Assembly: GCA_964370865.1 (NCBI GenBank)
Contig: CAYJKF010000003.1
Span: 86,359-150,358, forward strand
DNA from: an uncultured Candidatus Saccharibacteria bacterium
Lineage (GTDB): Bacteria > Patescibacteriota > WWE3 > 2-01-FULL-39-13
Direction of reading: 5' to 3'
DNA: 64,000 nucleotides
A model generated the notes under the pieces. It was not told where the DNA came from and ran no database searches. It was given only the letters and a program-made list of their open reading frames with translations. The position numbers were made by a program, and so were the translations under genes. Of the stretch, positions 59,788 through 64,000 are shown piece by piece (position 1 is the stretch's first letter; the number at the start of each line of letters is the position of its first letter).

Positions 59788-60000
59788 ATGGACGTGTCAA
59801 TGGTAATGAACATTATACAAGCGATACTAGGAGTTATGATTATTGCCCTGGTATTGATACAACAACAAGATGCTGGCTTTTATTCATCTTCTAGCAACAT
59901 AAACAGATCTCGTAGAGGAATTGAGAAATTTACCTACAATTCAACCGTAGTTATAGCGATACTCTTTGTATCAATCTCTATAGCTAATTTTGTATTTTAA
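59788..60000 (+). CDS. secG: Preprotein translocase subunit SecG
   Basis: Two TM helices, LVLIQ..G and RRGIEK..T. Confidence 0.85.
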   Translation: MDVSMVMNIIQAILGVMIIALVLIQQQDAGFYSSSSNINRSRRGIEKFTYNSTVVIAILFVSISIANFVF

Positions 60001-61409
60001 TGCTCGACTTTGCGATTATACTTTTATTACGAATTGCATTAGCGGTTTATTCCGTCTATCCGTTAGAAACTATTGAAATTGGTAATATCGGACATCCAAG
60101 ATCATTTATTCCTTCTGAAACAAGCAATGACAGCGAAAAAATCGTTTCTGATTTAGTATTTCGCAAAATGTTTAAATATGAAAACGGGGAGTTAATTAAC
60201 GACCTTGTTGAATCTTGGCACACAAACGATGAGAAAACCGAATATAAAATTAAGTTAAAAGAAAATCAAAGATGGCAGGATGGAAATATCATAAATGCGA
60301 ACGATATTATTTATACAATAACCAGATATGAAACTCTTCGAAACGACCTGGACATTGAAAGGTTAAGTGAAAGGGAAGTCCTTATAAAAGTAGGAACACC
60401 AAACGCAATTCTTCCTACTATATTAACTTTTGGCATAGAACCTTCACATCTTAAGAACCAGTCAAAAGTCTACGCAATAGGCTCAACAAGTTTTCGCGTG
60501 GCAAGAGTGACCAAAGAACAAAGTAAGATTGAGTCAGTTGTCTTAATTTCGCTAAAATCTGATAAACAATATAACAAAGTAATTGTAAGATTCTATGATG
60601 ATGAAAATACATTAACTACAGCATATAAACTCGGGGAATTAGATATCTTTCTATCAAGCCAAGATGTTATATGGGATGGATTAGAAAGGGTTGGAACCAC
60701 TTTCGCAGGTCGACAATATGCAATTTTAATTAACACAAATAATACAAAACTAGAAAATGCCGAAGTTAGAAAAACATTATTAAATGCTCTTGATATCGAG
60801 GATTTATTAAAAGGTAATTACTATATAAATGCAAAACCAGCACAGGGTCCAATTAGTTATTCTAAATACACTAGGGAAGAATATAAAAAATCATTTCACT
60901 TACCTGATGCAAAGCTTACTCCAGCACAACAAGCAGGAATTCAACAAATAAAAGTTCTACTACCTAATAATCAAGATGGTAGGCGAATTGAATCATTTCT
61001 AAATAAATATTGGCAGGAAAATCTAGGTATTGAAGTAGCGTTTGAGTACATGTCTATGGAAGAAATCTTTGATAAAACCGATGGAGGAAATTTCGATGTA
61101 ATTTTTATAGGATATGAAACCTCACCAGATCCTGATCGATATATCTACTGGCATTCCACTCAAGCAAACATCCTCAATTTAAGCAATTTTGTTGACTTAA
61201 GAGCAGATCGATCACTCGAAGAAGGTCGTAAATTCTACAACTTTGAGGAAAGAAAAGAGCATTACGATATATTTCAAGATGTATTTATAAGTAAAACTCC
61301 AGCAATTTACTTGTATCACCCTGGTACGTATATCTATAAACAAAAGAAAAAAGAATTTCCAATACCAAAAATAATGTACTATCCTTCTGATATCGTAAAG
61401 AATTTATAA
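60000..61409 (+). CDS. ABC transporter substrate-binding protein, family 5 (peptide/nickel)
   Basis: DLVESW..EYKIKLK..WQDG..DIIYT, VRK.L..ALD, DPD.Y.YWHS and PAIYLY. Confidence 0.85.
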   Translation: MLDFAIILLLRIALAVYSVYPLETIEIGNIGHPRSFIPSETSNDSEKIVSDLVFRKMFKYENGELINDLVESWHTNDEKTEYKIKLKENQRWQDGNIINANDIIYTITRYETLRNDLDIERLSEREVLIKVGTPNAILPTILTFGIEPSHLKNQSKVYAIGSTSFRVARVTKEQSKIESVVLISLKSDKQYNKVIVRFYDDENTLTTAYKLGELDIFLSSQDVIWDGLERVGTTFAGRQYAILINTNNTKLENAEVRKTLLNALDIEDLLKGNYYINAKPAQGPISYSKYTREEYKKSFHLPDAKLTPAQQAGIQQIKVLLPNNQDGRRIESFLNKYWQENLGIEVAFEYMSMEEIFDKTDGGNFDVIFIGYETSPDPDRYIYWHSTQANILNLSNFVDLRADRSLEEGRKFYNFEERKEHYDIFQDVFISKTPAIYLYHPGTYIYKQKKKEFPIPKIMYYPSDIVKNL

Positions 61410-61415
61410 AAATAT

Positions 61416-63884
61416 ATGACTCCAATGATGCAACAATATACTGAGGTAAAGAAAGAATATCCAGATTATCTCTTGTTTTATCGTATGGGTGATTTTTATG
61501 AACTTTTTTTGGAAGATGCAATTACAGGGTCAAAAGTACTAGATATTACCTTAACTTCTAGAAACAAGGGTGGATCTGATGATATACCCATGTGTGGCGT
61601 ACCATTTCACGCACTAGATAATTATCTTGCACGAGTAGTAAATGCAGGTCTCAAAGCGGCAATTTGCGAACAAATAACCAAGCCCTCAAAAGGAGTTACG
61701 CTTGTTGAGCGTAAAGTAATTCGATTGGTAACACCTGGAACAGTTATTGATGAAAGTTTATTAGATAAACAACTAAACAACTATCTCGCCACTTTCCAAA
61801 TGAATGAAAAAGATGAATACACTTTATCGTATGGAGACTTAAGCACTTTAAATTTTTCAATAATCCAAAATAATGGCAAACAAAACTTGATAAATGATCT
61901 TCGAAAAATTAGCCCAAAAGAAATTGTCCTGTCGGATTCACAATATAATTCGAATGAACTAGGGTATTTATCTGATATTGATGGAATCAACATATCACGA
62001 TTCTCAGACACAATATCAAAGACCCAATATCAACTAGCATCACTAATCCAATCACTTAATGTAAAAACATTAGACTCATTTGGGATAAACGAATCGGATT
62101 CGTTAACCATCGAATCTTTGCACAGATTAATCGAATACATCAAATTCACACAAAAAACCACAAAAATATCATATGGAAATATTCGAAAAATAAATACAAC
62201 CTCCTACATGCGACTAGACATAGAGACACTGACTAATCTAGAAATATTTCGCTCAAATAAGTTACAACCAAATAATAAAGAATTGAACCTAATGACTGTT
62301 TTAGACAAAACAAAGACCGCGATGGGAGCGCGAAAACTAAGATATTGGGTGATGAACCCACTTATAGATATTTCACAAATAAAGATAAGACAAAATGGCG
62401 TATCCGAATTCATAAATAATCACCTGTTAAGAGAAGATTCTCAACAATTACTTAATTCCATACAAGATATAGAAAGAATATTTTCAAGAATCACATCGGG
62501 TCTTGGAAACGCTAGAGATTTAAAATCACTTGAGTCATCCTTAGAAAATACCGCTAACTTATTAGAAAAATTGAGCTCGAGTACAGATGAGATTAAAGAA
62601 CTCCTAAAAAATAAATTAAACGACACTCTAGATTTAAGTAAATTAATAAACACAACACGAGAAATCGTTACAAATATCAATAGCAAAATAGTTGAGAATC
62701 CACCATTTTCAACACGTGAAGGTGGAATGATTAAACCGAATATTATTGATGAACTAGATGAAATTATGAATTCCATATCAGAAAGTAAAATTTGGATTGA
62801 ACAACTCGAAGTAACTGAAAGAAGTACGACCAAAATCCCAAATCTAAAGGTCGGTTTTAATAGCGTTTTTGGATATTACATTGAAATAACAAAATCATAT
62901 ATTCATTTAGCTCCTGCACACTACCATCGAAAACAAACTTTAGTAAATGCTGAAAGATATATTACCGATGAACTAAAAGTAAAAGAGTCGATAGTTCTTA
63001 CTGCTCAAGAAAAAATAAATGAAATAGAATTTGAAGCCTTTACAAAACTTTGCCAAGAGTTAAAACTTGAAGCAGAAAGTATTCATAAATTATCAGAAAT
63101 AATTTCAGAAACTGACTGCATAATTTCTTTTGCAGATTTAGCAATTAAAAATAACTATTCAAGGCCAACGTTATTTGAGAAAAAACACTTCACAAATAAA
63201 ATCGATGACGGAAGACATCCCGTAGTTGAGCTTTCTTTGCCAAATGGAGAATTCATTCCAAATGATACCAATTTAGATACAAAAGATTTCTTCCACTTAA
63301 TTACCGGCCCTAATATGGCGGGAAAATCCACTTATATAAGGCAAATCGCGCTAATACAAATTTTGACTCAAATTGGGTCTTACGTTCCTGCAAAAAAAGC
63401 AGATATAAGTATTGTAGATGGAATATACACAAGAATCGGCGCAGGTGATGCACTAGCGCAAGGCTTAAGTACATTTATGGTGGAAATGATTGAGACGGCG
63501 AAAATACTTAATAATGCTACTAGTGAATCACTGATTATATTAGATGAAGTCGGAAGGGGAACTAGTACAGTTGACGGATTATCCATTGCACAGGCAATTA
63601 TTGAACATATTACAGATAAAATAAAATCAAAAACATTATTTGCAACTCATTTCCACGAGCTGGTGGATCTTGAACAAAGAATCAAACCCTTAAAGAATTA
63701 TCATTTTGGAATTAGCGATAATAAAGAAAGCATTAAATTTATACATAAAATTATGCCTGGTGGAACAGATAAAAGTTATGGAATTGAAGTCGCCAAACTC
63801 GCAGGAATACCAACGGAGGTCGTAGAGCGAGCAAAATCACTACTAAACAAAAACACTTCCAACCAAATGAAGTTTAGTATTTAA
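61416..63884 (+). CDS. mutS: DNA mismatch repair protein MutS
   Basis: TPMMQQY, GDFYELF, TGPNMAGKST, STFMVEM, DEVGRGTS and SYGIEVA. Confidence 0.98.
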   Translation: MTPMMQQYTEVKKEYPDYLLFYRMGDFYELFLEDAITGSKVLDITLTSRNKGGSDDIPMCGVPFHALDNYLARVVNAGLKAAICEQITKPSKGVTLVERKVIRLVTPGTVIDESLLDKQLNNYLATFQMNEKDEYTLSYGDLSTLNFSIIQNNGKQNLINDLRKISPKEIVLSDSQYNSNELGYLSDIDGINISRFSDTISKTQYQLASLIQSLNVKTLDSFGINESDSLTIESLHRLIEYIKFTQKTTKISYGNIRKINTTSYMRLDIETLTNLEIFRSNKLQPNNKELNLMTVLDKTKTAMGARKLRYWVMNPLIDISQIKIRQNGVSEFINNHLLREDSQQLLNSIQDIERIFSRITSGLGNARDLKSLESSLENTANLLEKLSSSTDEIKELLKNKLNDTLDLSKLINTTREIVTNINSKIVENPPFSTREGGMIKPNIIDELDEIMNSISESKIWIEQLEVTERSTTKIPNLKVGFNSVFGYYIEITKSYIHLAPAHYHRKQTLVNAERYITDELKVKESIVLTAQEKINEIEFEAFTKLCQELKLEAESIHKLSEIISETDCIISFADLAIKNNYSRPTLFEKKHFTNKIDDGRHPVVELSLPNGEFIPNDTNLDTKDFFHLITGPNMAGKSTYIRQIALIQILTQIGSYVPAKKADISIVDGIYTRIGAGDALAQGLSTFMVEMIETAKILNNATSESLIILDEVGRGTSTVDGLSIAQAIIEHITDKIKSKTLFATHFHELVDLEQRIKPLKNYHFGISDNKESIKFIHKIMPGGTDKSYGIEVAKLAGIPTEVVERAKSLLNKNTSNQMKFSI

Positions 63885-63886
63885 AT

Positions 63887-64000
63887 TTAGTTAAGTTCAA
63901 AGGCAACTGTAACAGTCTTAACAACATTGGTGGTTCCTGGTAACATCTCACCACCTCCGCCACCCATTCCTCTGTCCATCATTAGTGGACTATTTGCATA
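63887..64000 (-). CDS. C-terminal fragment of a probable SIMPL/DUF541 protein (truncated by window edge)
   Basis: Minus-strand frame ...PLMMDRGMGGGGGEMLPGTTNVVKTVTVAFELN* matches the SIMPL C-terminal pattern (PG...V.V.F.L). Confidence 0.6.
   Translation of the reverse strand, partial: YANSPLMMDRGMGGGGGEMLPGTTNVVKTVTVAFELN

Noticed and set aside
1-64000. CRISPR array, IS element or rRNA
   Set aside because: I saw no regularly spaced repeats, transposase ORF or rRNA-like sequence.

Overview
AT-rich bacterial chromosome segment read in standard code 11. Gene content and signals point to a Patescibacteria (CPR) genome, probably Microgenomates/WWE3-like (inference). The signals are mostly leaderless genes with an extended -10 just before ATG, a TTCGG-N6-TTCGG box at lexA, a C1-G72 tRNA-Tyr and short PheT/UvrC. 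Core genes: pheS (partial), pheT, a class A PBP, LCP, truB, PMM/PGM, ppsA, eno, gpmA, rsmI, lexA, uvrB/uvrA/uvrC, secG, an SBP family 5 protein, mutS, and tRNA-Tyr/Glu/Lys. Accessory content includes many secreted modular proteins with Pro/Thr linkers. Main observations: (1) Four dispersed, GC-richer orphan genes each form a self-contained unit: promoter, 5' hairpin with a C-AAC(T)GC-G loop, often a boxA-like motif, Shine-Dalgarno, ORF and a long 3' hairpin. (2) An adjacent dockerin-glycoside hydrolase and cohesin-CBM gene pair, resembling a mini-cellulosome. (3) A 432-bp in-frame inverted repeat shared by two convergent surface-protein genes, where inversion would swap their C-terminal domains. 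(4) A 40-aa Cys-rich microprotein followed by a perfect four-way-junction RNA structure. All calls come from reading the sequence by eye; no searches were run.
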